Positions 41,901 through 55,289 of a stretch of DNA of 64,000 nucleotides are shown here, one piece after another. The DNA is taken from NCBI GenBank assembly GCA_964016885.1, contig OZ024744.1, positions 135,470,001 to 135,534,000 of the forward strand, given 5' to 3'. Each line of letters starts with the position of its first letter. Positions within the stretch are counted from its first letter, which is position 1. The translations under genes were made by a program, and so were the position numbers. The notes below the pieces were generated by a model. The model saw nothing but the letters and a program-made list of their open reading frames with translations. It made no database searches and had not been told where the DNA came from. The stretch is from Eledone cirrhosa (taxonomy: Eukaryota).

Positions 41901-44900
41901 TTACCCAGTCCACACTGTAAAGTGGTCATGTAGGTGTCACAACAAAAAGTACCCAGTCCACACTGTAAAGTGGTCATGTAGGTGTCACAACAAAAAGTAC
42001 CCAGTACATACTGTAAGGTGGTCATGAAGGTGTCATGACAAAAAGTACGCAGTCCACACTGTAAAGTGGTCATGTAGGTGTCACAACAAATAGCACCCAG
42101 TACACACTGTAAAGTGGTCATGTAGGTGTCACGACAAAAAGTATCCAGTACACACTGTAAAGTGGTAATGTAGGTGTCACAACATAATGTACCCAGTCCA
42201 CACTGTAAAGTGGTCATGTAGGTGTCACAACAAAAATTACCCAGTCCACACTGGAAAGTGGTCATGTAGGTGTCACAACAAAACTTACTCAGTACATACT
42301 GTAAAGTGGTTATGAAGGTGTCATGAGAAAAAGTACCCAGTCCACACTGTAAAGTGGTCATGTAGATGTCACAACAAATTGCACCCAGTACACACTGTAA
42401 AGTGGTCATGTAACTATCATGACAAAATTACCCAGTCCACACTGTAAAGTGGTCATGTAGGTGTCACAACAAAAAGTACTCAGTACATACTGTAAAGTGG
42501 TCATGAAGGTGTCATGACAAAAAGTAGCCAGTACACACTGTAAAGTAGTCATGTAGGTGTCACAACAAAAATTACTCAGTACATACTGTAAAGTGGTTAT
42601 GAAGGTGTCATGAGAAAAAGTACCCATTCCACACTGTAAAGTGGACATGTAGGTGTCATGACAAATAGTACCCAGTACAAACTGTAAAGTAGTCATGTAA
42701 GTTGCACAACAAGTACCCAGTACATACTGTAAAGTGGTCATGTAGGTGTTATGACAAAAAGTACCCAGTCTACACTGTGTGGTCATGTAGGTGTCACAAC
42801 ATAATGTACACAGTCCACACTGTAAAGTGGTCATGTAGGTGTCATGGCATAAATTACCCAGTCCACACTGTAAAGTATTTATTAGTTCGTCACAACAAAA
42901 AGTACCCAGTACACACAGTCAAGTGGTCATGTAGGTGTCACAACAGAAAGTCCCCAGTACACACAGTAAAGTGGTAATGTAGGTGTCATGACAAAAAGTA
43001 TCCAGTACACACTGTAAAGTGGTCATGTAGGTGTCACAACAAAAACTACCCAGTCCACACTGTAAAGTGGTCATGTAGGTGTCACGACAAAAAGTATCCA
43101 GTACACAGTGTAAAGTGGTCATGTAGGTGTCACAACATAATGTACCCAGTCCACACTGTAAAGTGGTCATGTAGGTTTCACAACAAAAAGTACCCAGTCC
43201 ACAATGTAAAGTGGTCATGTAGGTGTCACAACAAAATTTACTCAGTACATACTGTAAAGTGGTTATGAAGGTGTCATGAGAAAAAGTACCCAGTACACAC
43301 TGTAAAGTGGTCATGTAGGTGTCATGACAAATAGTACCCAGTACACACTGTAAAGTAGTCATGTAGGTGGCACAACAAGTACCCAGTACATACTGTAAAG
43401 TGGTCATGTAGGTGTCACGACAAAAAGTACCCAGTCTACAATGTGTGGTCATGTATGTGTCATGACATAAATTACCCAGTCCACACTGTAAAGTAGTCAT
43501 TAGTTTGTCACAACAATAAGTAACCAGTACACACAGTCAAGTGGTCATGTAGGTGTCACAACAGACAGTACCCAGTACACACTGTAAAGTGGTCATGTAG
43601 GTGTCACAACAAAAAGTACCCAGTCCACACTGTAAAGTGGTCATGTAGGTGTCACAACAAAAAGTACCCAGTACACACTGTAAAGTGGTCATGTAGGTGT
43701 CACAACAAAATGTACCCAGTCCATACTGTAAAGTGGTCATGTAGGTGTCACAACAAAAAGTACCCAGTCCACACTGTAAAGTGGTCATGTAGGTGTCACA
43801 ACAAAAAGTACCCAGTACATACTGTAAAGTGGTCATGAAGGTGTCACAACAAATAGCACCCAGTACACACTGTAAAGTGGTCATGTAACTATCGTGACAA
43901 AAGTACTCAGTACACACTGTAAAGTGGTCATGGAGGTGTCACAACAAAAATTACCCAGTCCACACAGTAAAGTGGTCATGTAGGTGTCACAACAAAAAGT
44001 ACTCAGTACATACTGTAAAGTGGTCATGAAGGTGTCATGACAAAAAGTACCCAGTACACACTGTAAAGTAGTCATGTAGGTGTCACAACAAAAATTACTC
44101 AGTACATACTGTAAAGTGGTTATGAAGGTGTCATGAGAAAAAGTACCCAGTCTACACTGTTTGGTCATGTAGGTGTCATGGCATAAATTACCCAGTCCAC
44201 ACTGTAAAGTAGTCATTAGTTTGTCACAACAAAAAGTACCCAGTACACACAGTCAAGTGGTCATGTAGGTGTCACAACAGAAAGTCCCCAGTACACACAG
44301 TAAAGTGGTCATGTAGGTGTCATGACAAAAAGTATCCAGTACACACTGTAAAGTGGTCATGTAGGTGTCACAACAAAAACTACCCAGTCCACACTGTAAA
44401 GTGGTCATGTAGGTGTCACGACAAAAAGTATCCAGTACACACTGTAAAGTGGTCATGTAGGTGTCACAACATAATGTACCCAGTCCACACTGTAAAGTGG
44501 TCATGTTGGTGTCACAACAAAAAGTACCCAGTCCACACTGTAAAGTGGTCATGTAGGTGTCACAACGAATAGCACCCAGTACACACTGTAAAGTGGTCAT
44601 GTAACTATCATGACAAAAGTACTCAGTACACACTGTAAAGTGGTCATGGAGGTGTCACAACAAAAATTACCCAGTCCACACTGTAAAGTGGTCATGTAGG
44701 TGTCACAACAAAAAGTACTCAGTACATACTGTAAAGTGGTCATGAAGGTGTCATGACAAAAAGTACCCAGTACACACTGTAAAGTAGTCATGTAGGTGTC
44801 ACAACAAAAATTACTCAGTACATACGGTAAAGTGGTTATGAAGGTGTCATGAGAAAAAGTACCCATTCCACACTGTAAAGTGGACATGTAGGTGTCATGA

Positions 44901-47900
44901 CAAATAGTACCCAGTACACACTGTAAAGTAGTCATGTAAGTGTCACAACATAATGTACCCAGTCCACACTGTAAAGTGGTCATGTAGGTGTCACAACGAA
45001 TAGCACCCAGTACACACTGTAAAGTGGTCATGTAGGTGTCACAACAAAAAGTACCCAGTACATACTGTAAAGTGGTCATGAAGGTGTCATGACAAAAAGT
45101 ACCCAGTACACACTGTAAAGTGGTCATGTAGGTGTCACAACAAAATTTACTCAGTACATACTGTAAAGTGGTTATGAAGGTGTCATGAGAAAAAGTACCC
45201 AGTACACACTGTAAAGTGGTCATGTAGGTGTCACAACAAAAAGTACCCAGTACACACTGTAAAGTGGTCATGTAGGTGTCGCAACAAAAATTACCCAGTA
45301 CACGCTGTAAAGTGGTCATGTAGGTGTCACAACAAAATTTACTCAGTACATACTGTAAAGTGGTTATGAAGGTGTCATGAGAAAAAATACCCATCCACAC
45401 TGTAAAGTGGTCATGTAGGTGTCACAACAAAATTTACTCAGTACATACTGTAAAGTGGTTATGAAGGTGTCATGAGAAAAAGTTCCCATCCACACTGTAA
45501 AGTGGTCATGTAAGTGTCCTGACAAATAGTACCCAGTACACACTGTAAACTGGTCATGTAGGTGTCACAACAAAAATTACCCAGTCCACACTGTAAAGTG
45601 GTCATGTAGGTGTCACAACAAAAAATACCCAGTACATACTGTAAAGTGGTCATGGAGGTGTCATGACAAAAAGTACCCAGTACACACTGTAAAATGGTCA
45701 TGTAGGTGTAACAACAAAAATTACTCAGTACATACTGTAAAGTGGTTATGAAGGTGTCATGAGAAAAAGTACCCATTCCACACTGTAAAGTGGTCATGTA
45801 GGTGTCATGACAAATAGTACCCAGTACACACTGTAAAGTAGTCATGTAGGTGGCACAACAAAAATTACTCAGTACATACTGTAAAGTGGTTATGAAGGTG
45901 TCATGAGAAAAAGTACCCATTCCACACTGTAAAGTGGACATGTAGGTGTCATGACAAATAGTACCCAGTACACACTGTAAAGTAGTCATGTAAGTTGCAC
46001 AACAAGTACCCAGTACACACTGTAAAGTAGTCATGTAGGTGTTATGACAAAAAGTACCCAGTCTACACTGTGTGGTCATGTAGGTGTCACAACATAATGT
46101 ACACAGTCCACACTGTAAAGTGGTCATGTAGGTGTCATGCCACAAATTACCCATTCCACACTGTAAAGTATTTATTAGTTTGTCAAAACAAAAAGTACCC
46201 AGTACACACAGTCAAGTGGTCATGTAGGTGTCACAACAGAAAGTCCCCAGTACACTCAGTAAAGTGGTCATGTAGGTGTCATGACAAAAAGTATCCAGTA
46301 CACACTGTAAAGTGGTCATGTAGGTGTCACAACAAAAACTACCCAGTCCACACTGTAAAGTGGTCATGTAGGTGTCACGACAAAAAGTATCCAGTACACA
46401 ATGTAAAGTGGTCATGTAGGTGCCACAACATAATGTACCCAGTCCACACTGTAAAGTGGTCATGTAGGTTTCACAACAAAAAGTACCCAGTCCACAATGT
46501 AAAGTGGTCATGTAGGTGTCACAACAAAATTTACTCAGTACATACTGTAAAGTGGTTATGAAGGTGTCATGAGAAAAAGTACCCAGTACACACTGTAAAG
46601 TGGTCATGTAGGTGTCACAACAAAAAGTACCCAGTACACACTGTAAAGTGGTCATGTAGGTGTCACAACAAAAAGTACCCATTCCACACTGTAAAGTGGT
46701 CATGTAGGTGTCATGACAAATAGTACCCAGTACACACTGTAAAGTAGTCATGTAGGTGGCACAACAAGTACCGAGTACATACTGTAATGAGGTCATGTAG
46801 GTGTCACGACAAAAAGTACCCAGTCTACAATGTGTGGTCATGTATGTGTCATGACATAAATTACCCAGTCCACACTGTAAAGTAGTCATTAGTTTGTCAC
46901 ACCAATAAGTACCCAGTACACACAGTCAAGTGGTCATGTAGGTGTCACAATAGACAGTACCCAGTACACACTGTAAAGTGGTCATGTAGGTGTCACAACA
47001 AAAAGTACCCAGTCCACACTGTAAAGTGGTCATGTAGGTGTCACAACAAAAAGTACCCAGTACACACTGTAAAGTGGTCATGTAGGTGTCACAACAAAAA
47101 GTACCCAGTCCACACTGTAAAGTGGTCATATAGGTGTCACAACAAAAAGTACCCAGTCCACACTGTAAAGTGGTCATGTAGGTGTCACAACAAAAAGTAC
47201 CCAGTACATACTGTAAAGTGGTCATGAAGGTGTCATGACAAAAAGTACGCAGTCCACACTGTAAAGTGGTCATGTAGGTGTCACAACAAATAGCACCCAG
47301 TACACACTGTAAAGTGGTCATGTAACTATCGTGACAAAAGTACTCAGTACACACTGTAAAGTGGTCATGGAGGTGTCACAACAAAAATTACCCAGTTCAC
47401 ACTGTAAAGTGGTCATGTAGGTGTCACAACAAAAAGTACTCAGTACATACTGTAAAGTGGTCATGAAGGTGTCATGACAAAAAGTACCCAGTACACACTG
47501 TAAAGTAGTCATGTAGGTGTCACAACAAAAATTACTCAGTACATACTGTAAAGTGGTTATGAAGGTGTCATGAGAAAAAGTACCCATTCCACACTGTAAA
47601 GTGGACATGTAGGTGTCATGACAAATAGTACCCAGTACACACTGTAAAGTAGTCATGTAGGTGGCACAACAAGTACCCAGTACATACTGTAAACTGCTCA
47701 TGTAGGTGTTATGACAAAAAGTACCCAGTCTACACTGTTTGGTCATGTAGGTGTCATGGCATAAATTACCCAGTCCACACTGTAAAGTAGTCATTAGTTT
47801 GTCACAACAAAAAGTACCCAGTACACACAGTCAAGTGGTCATGTAGGTGTCACAACAGAAAGTCCCCAGTACACACAGTAAAGTGGTCATGTAGGTGTCA

Positions 47901-50900
47901 TGACAAAAAGTATCCAGTACACACTGTAAAGTGGTCATGTAGGTGTCACAACAAAAACTACCCAGTCCACACTGTAAAGTGGTCATGTAGGTGTCACGAC
48001 AAAAAGTATCCAGTACACACAGTAAAGTGGTCATGTAGGTGTCACAACATAATGTACCCAGTCCACACTGTAAAGTGGTCATGTTGGTGTCACAACAAAA
48101 AGTACCCAGTCCACACTGTAAAGTGGTCATGTAGGTGTCACAACGAATAGCACCCAGTACACACTGTAAAGTGGTCATGTAACTATCATGACAAAAGTAC
48201 TCAGTACACACTGTAAAGTGGTCATGGAGGTGTCACAACAAAAATTACCCAGTCCACACTGTAAAGTGGTCATGTAGGTGTCACAACAAAAAGTACTCAG
48301 TACATACTGTAAAGTGGTTATGAAGGTGTCATGAGAAAAATTACCCATTCCACACTGTAAAGTGGACATGTAGGTGTCATGACAAATAGTACCCAGTACA
48401 CACTGTAAAGTAGTCATGTAAGTGTCACAACATAATGTACCCAGTCCACACTGTAAAGTGGTCATGTAGGTGTCACAACAAAAAGTACCCAGTCCACACT
48501 GTAAAGTGGTCATGTAGGTGTCACAACAAAAAGTACCCAGTACATACTGTAAAGTGGTCATGAAGGTGTCATGACAAAAAGTACCCAGTACACACTGTAA
48601 AGTGGTCATGTAGGTGTCACAACAAAATTTACTCAGTACATACTGTAAAGTGGTTATGAAGGTGTCATGAGAAAAAGTACCCAGTACACACTGTAAAGTG
48701 GTCATGTAGGTGTCACAACAAAAAGTACCCAGTACACACTGTAAAGTGGTCATGTAGGTGTCGCAACAAAAATTACCCAGTACACACTGTAAAGTGGTCA
48801 TGTAGGTGTCACAACAAAATTTACTCAGTACATACTGTAAAGTGGTTATGAAGGTGTCATGAGAAAAAATACCCATCCACACTGTAAAGTGGTCATGTAG
48901 GTGTCACAACAAAATTTACTCAGTACATACTGTAAAGTGGTTATGAAGGTGTCATGAGAAAAAGTACCCATCCACACTGTAAAGTGGTCATGTAAGTGTC
49001 CTGACAAATAGTACCCAGTACACACTGTAAACTGGTCATGTAGGTGTCACAACAAAAATTACCCAGTCCACACTGTAAAGTGGTCATGTAGGTGTCACAA
49101 CAAAAAATACCCAGTACATACTGTAAAGTGGTCATGGAGGTGTCATGACAAAAAGTACCCAGTACACACTGTAAAATGGTCATGTAGGTGTAACAACAAA
49201 AATTACTCAGTACATACTGTAAAGTGGTTATGAAGGTGTCATGAGAAAAAGTACCCATTCCACACTGTAAAGTGGTCATGTAGGTGTCATGACAAATAGT
49301 ACCCAGTACACACTGTAAAGTAGTCATGTAGGTGGCACAACAAAAATTACTCAGTACATACTGTAAAGTGGTTATGAAGGTGTCATGAGAAAAAGTACCC
49401 ATTCCACACTGTAAAGTGGACATGTAGGTGTCATGACAAATAGTACCCAGTACACACTGTAAAGTAGTCATGTAAGTTGCACAACAAGTACCCAGTACAT
49501 ACTGTAAAGTGGTCATGTAGGTGTTATGACAAAAAGTACCCAGTCTACACTGTGTGGTCATGTAGGTGTCACAACATAATGTACACAGTCCACACTGTAA
49601 AGTGGTCATGTAGGTGTCATGCCACAAATTACCCAGTCCACACTGTAAAGTATTTATTAGTTTGTCACAACAAAAAGTACCCAGTACACACAGTCAAGTG
49701 GTCATGTAGGTGTCACAACAGAAAGTCCCCAGTACACTCAGTAAAGTGGTCATGTAGGTGTCATGACAAAAATTATCCAGTACACACTGTAAAGTGGTCA
49801 TGTAGGTGTCACAACAAAAACTACCCAGTCCACACTGTAAAGTGGTCATGTAGGTGTCACGACAAAAAGTATCCAGTACACAATGTAAAGTGGTCATGTA
49901 GGTGTCACAACATAATATACCCAGTCCACACTGTAAAGTGGTCATGTAGGTTTCACAACAAAAAGTACCCAGTCCACAATGTAAAGTGGTCATGTAGGTG
50001 TCACAACAAAATTTACTCAGTACATACTGTAAAGTGGTTATGAAGGTGTCATGAGAAAAAGTACCCAGTACACACTGTAAAGTGGTCATGTAGGTGTCAC
50101 AACAAAAAGTACCCAGTACACACTGTAAAGTGGTCATGTAGGTTTCACAACAAAAAGTACCCATTCCACACTGTAAAGTGGTCATGTAGGTGTCATGACA
50201 AATAGTACCCAGTACACACTGTAAAGTAGTCATGTAGGTGGCACAACAAGTACCCAGTACATACTGTAAAGAGGTCATGTAGGTGTCACGACAAAAAGTA
50301 CCCAGTCTACAATGTGTGGTCATGTATGTGTCATGACATAAATTACCCAGTCCACACTGTAAAGTAGTCATTAGTTTGTCACAACAATAAGTACCCAGTA
50401 CACACAGTCAAGTGGTCATGTAGGTGTCACAACAGACAGTACCCAGTACACACTGTAAAGTGGTCATGTAGGTGTCAAAACAAAAAGTACCCAGTCCACA
50501 CTGTAAAGTGGTCATGTAGGTGTCACAACAAAAAGTACCCAGTACACACTGTAAAGTGGTCATGTAGGTGTCACAACAAAAAGTACCCAGTCCACACTGT
50601 AAAGTGGTCATGTAGGTGTCACAACAAAAAGTACCCAGTCCACACTGTAAAGTGGTCATGTAGGTGTCACAACAAAAAGTACCCAGTACATACTGTAAAG
50701 TGGTCATGAAGGTGTCATGACAAAAAGTACGCAGTCCACACTGTAAAGTGGTCATGTAGGTGTCACAACAAATAGCACCCAGTACACACTGTAAAGTGGT
50801 CATGTAATTATCATGACAAAAGTACTCAGTACACACTGTAAAGTGGTCATGGAGGTGTCACAACCAAAATTACCCAGTCCACACTGTAAAGTGGTCATGT

Positions 50901-52800
50901 AGGTGTCACAACAAAAAGTACTCAGTACATACTGTAAAGTGGTCATGAAGGTGTCATGACAAAAAGTACCCAGTACACACTGTAAAGTAGTCATGTAGGT
51001 GTCACAACAAAAATTACTCAGTACATACTGTAAAGTGGTTATGAAGGTGTCATGAGAAAAAGTACCCATTCCACACTGTAAAGTGGACATGTAGGTGTCA
51101 TGACAAATAGTACCCAGTACACACTGTAAAGTAGTCATGTAGGTGGCACAACAAGTACCCAGTACATACTGTAAACTGGTCATGTAGGTGTTATGACAAA
51201 AAGTACCCAGTCTACACTGTTTGGTCATGTAGGTGTCATGGCATAAATTACCCAGTCCACACTGTAAAGTAGTCATTAGTTTGTCACAACAAAAAGTACC
51301 CAGTACACACAGTCAAGTGGTCATGTAGGTGTCACAACAGAAAGTCCCCAGTACACACAGTAAAGTGGTCATGTAGGTGTCATGACAAAAAGTATCCAGT
51401 ACACACTGTAAAGTGGTCATGTAGGTGTCACAACAAAAACTACCCAGTCCACACTGTAAAGTGGTCATGTAGGTGTCACGACAAAAAGTATCCAGTACAC
51501 ACTGTAAAGTGGTCATGTAGGTGTCACAACATAATGTACCCAGTCCACACTGTAAAGTGGTCATGTTGGTGTCACAACAAAAAGTACCCAGTCCACACTG
51601 TAAAGTGGTCATGTAGGTGTCATGACAAAAAGTACCCAGTACACACTGTCAAGTGGTCATGTAGGTGTCACAACGAATAGCACCCAGTACACACTGTAAA
51701 GTGGTCATGTAACTATCATGACAAAAGTACTCAGTACACACTGTAAAGTGGTCATGGAGGTGTCACAACAAAAATTACCCAGTCCACACTGTAAAGTGGT
51801 CATGAAGGTGCCATGACAAAAAGTACCCAGTACACACTGTAAAGTGGTCATGTAGCTGTCACAACAAAAAGTACCCAGTACATACTGTAAAGTGGTCATG
51901 AAGGTGTCATGACAAAAAGTACCCAGTACACACTGTAAAGTGGTCATGTAGGTGTCACAACAAAAATTACTCAGTACATACGGTAAAGTGGTTATGAAGG
52001 TCTCATGAGAAAAAGTACCCATTCCACACTGTAAAGTGGACATGTAGGTGTCATGACAAATAGTACCCAGTACACACTGTAAAGTAGTCATGTAAGTGTC
52101 ACAACATAATGTACCCAGTCCACACTGTAAAGTGGTCATGTAGGTGTCACAACAAAAAGTACCCAGTCCACACTGTAAAGTGGTCATGAAGGTGTCATGA
52201 CAAAAAGTACCCAGTACACACTGTAAAGTGGTCATGTAGGTGTCACAACAAAATTTACTCAGTACATACAGTAAAGTGGTTATGAAGGTGTCATGAGAAA
52301 AAGTACCCAGTACACACTGTAAAGTGGTCATGTAGGTGTCACAACAAAAAGTACCCAGTACACACTGTAAAGTGGTTATGAAGGTGTCATGAGAAAAAAT
52401 ACCCATCCACACTGTAAAGTGGTCATGTAGGTGTCACAACAAAAATTACCCAGTCCACACTGTAAAGTGGTCATGTAGGTGTCACAACAAAAAATACCCA
52501 GTACATACTGTAAAGTGGTCATGAAGGTGTCATGACAAAAAGTACCCAGTAGACACTGTAAAATGGTCATGTAGGTGTCACAACAAAAATTACTCAGTAC
52601 ATACTGTAAAGTGGTTATGAAGGTGTCATGAGAAAAAGTACCCATTGCACACTGTAAAGTGGTCATGTAGGTGTCATGACACATAGTACCCAGTACACAC
52701 TGTAAAGTAGTCATGTAGGTGGCACAACAAGTACCCAGTACATACTGTAAAGTGGTCATGTAGGTGTTATGACAAAGAGTACCCAGTCTACAATATGTGG
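32357..52800. repeat. Six-copy higher-order repeat of about 3.3-3.8 kb (about 70-80 monomers per unit)
   Basis: Marker GTATTTATTAGTT at 32357, 35641, 39065, 42875, 46168, 49650 (spacings 3284, 3424, 3810, 3293, 3482). Each is followed by the linked CAATAAG and AGACA(G/C) variant monomers. ORFs at 45459, 46212, 46926, 47318 and 47831 recur at +3482. Confidence 0.9.
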
Positions 52801-55289
52801 TCATGTAGGTGTCATGACATAAGTTACCCAGTCCACACTGTAAAGTAGTCATGTAGGTGTCACAACAAAAAGTACCCAGTCCACATGGTAAAGTGGTAAT
52901 GTAGGTGTCACAACAAAAAGTACCCAGTACACACTGTAAAGTGGTCATGTAGGTGTCACAACAAAAAATACCCAGTAAACACTGGAAAGTGGTCATGTAG
53001 GTGTCACAACAAAAAGTACCGAGTATACACTGTAAAGTGGTCATGTAGGTGTCACAACAAAAAGTACCCAGTACACACTGTAAAGTGGTCATGTAGGTGT
53101 CCCAACAAAAAGTCCCCAGTCCACACTGTAAAGTGGTCATGTAGGTGTCACAACAAAAAGTACCCATTCCACACTGTAAAGTGGTTATATAGATGTCACA
53201 ACAAAAAGTACCCATTCCACACTGTAAAGTGGTCATGTAGGTGTCACAACAAAAATTACTCAGTACATACTGTAAAGTGGTTATGAAGGCGTCATGATAA
53301 AAAGTACCTATTCCACACTGTAAAGTAGTCATGTAGGTGGCACAACAACAAGCACCCAGTACACACTGTAAAGTGGTCATGTAGTCTCATGACAAATAGT
53401 ACCCAGTACACACTGTAAAGCAGTCATGTAGGTGGCACAACAAGTACCCAGTACATACTGTAAAGTGGTCATGTAGGTGTTATGACAAAAAGTACCCAGT
53501 CTACAATGTGTGGTCATGTAGGTGTCATGACATAAATTACCCAGTCCACACTGTAAAGTAGTCATGTAGGTGTCACAACAAAAAGTACCCAGTACACACA
53601 GTAAAGTGGTCATGTAGGTGTCACAACAAAAAGTACCCAGTCCACACTGTAAAGTGATCATGTAGGTGTCACAACAAAAAGTACCCAGTACACACTGTAA
53701 AGTGGTCATGTAGGTGTCACAACAAAATGTACCCAGTCCACACTATAAATTGGTCATGTAGGTATCACAACAAAAAATACCCAGTACACACTGTAAAGTG
53801 ATCATGTAGGTGTCATTACAAAAAATACCCAGTAAACACTGGAAAGTGGTCATGTAGGTGTCACAACAAAAAGCACCCAGTACATACTGTCAAGTGGTCA
53901 TGTAGGTGTCCCAACGAAAATTACCCAGTACACACTGTAAAGTGGTCATGTAGGTGTCACAACAAAAGGTACCCAGTACATACTGTAAAGTGGTCATGTA
54001 GGTGTCATGACAAAAATTACCCAGTCCACACTGTAAAGTAGTCATGTAGGTGTCACAACAAAAAGTACACAGTACATACTGTAAAGTGGTCATGTAGGTG
54101 TCACAACAAAAAGTACCCAGTACACACTGTAAAGTGGTCATGTAGGTGTCATGACAAAAAGTACCCAGTACACACTGTAAAGTGGTCATGTAGGTGTCAC
54201 AACAAAAATTACTCAGTACATACTGTAAAGTGGTTATGAAGGTGTCATGATAAAAAGTACCTATTCCACACTGTAAAGGAGTCATGTAGGTGGCACAACA
54301 ACAAGCACCCAGTACACACTGTAAAGTGGTCATGTAGGTGTCACAAGACAAAGTACCCAGTCCACACTGTAAAGTGGTCATGCAGGTGTCACGGCAAAAA
54401 GTACCCAGTACACACTGTAAAGTGGGCATGTAGGTGTCACAACAAAAAGAACCCAGTACACACTGTAAAGTGGTCATGTAGATGTCACAACAAAGAGCAC
54501 CCAGTCCACACGGTAAAGTGGTCATGTAGGCGTCACATCAAAAAGTACCCAGTACAGAATGTAAAGTGGTCATGTAGGTGTCATGACAACAAATACCCAG
54601 TAAACACTGGAAAGTGGTCATGTAGGTGTCACAACAAAAAGTACCCATTCCACACTGTAAAGTGGTCATGTAGTTGTCACAACAAAAAGTACCCATTACA
54701 CAGTGTAAAGTGGTCATGTAGTTGGCACAACAATAAGTACCCAGTACACACTGTAAAGAGGTCATGTAGGTTTCATGACAAATAGTACCCAGTACATACT
54801 GAAAGTAGTCATGTAGGTGGCAAAACAAGTACCCAGTACATACTGTAAAGTGATCATGTAGGTGTCACAACAAAAAGTACCCAGTCCACGCTGCAAAGCA
54901 GTCTTTTAGGTGTCACAAGACAAAGTACCCAGTTCACACTGTAAAGTAGTCATGAAGGTGTCACAACAAAAAGTACCCAGTACACACTGTAAAGTGGTCA
55001 TGTAGGTGTCAACAAAAAGTACCCAGTACACACTGTAAAGTGGTCATGATGGTGTCACAACAAAAAGTACGCAGTCCACACTGTAAAGTGGTCATGTAGG
55101 TGTCACAACAAAAAGTACCCAGTACACCCTGTAAAGTAGTCATGTAGCTGTAACAACAAAAAGTACCCAGTACACACTGCAAAGTGGTCATGTAGGTGTC
55201 ACAACAAAATGTACCCTGTCCACACTGTAAAGTGGTCTTGTAGCTGTCAACAAAAAGTACCCAGTACACACTGTAAAGTAGACATGTAG

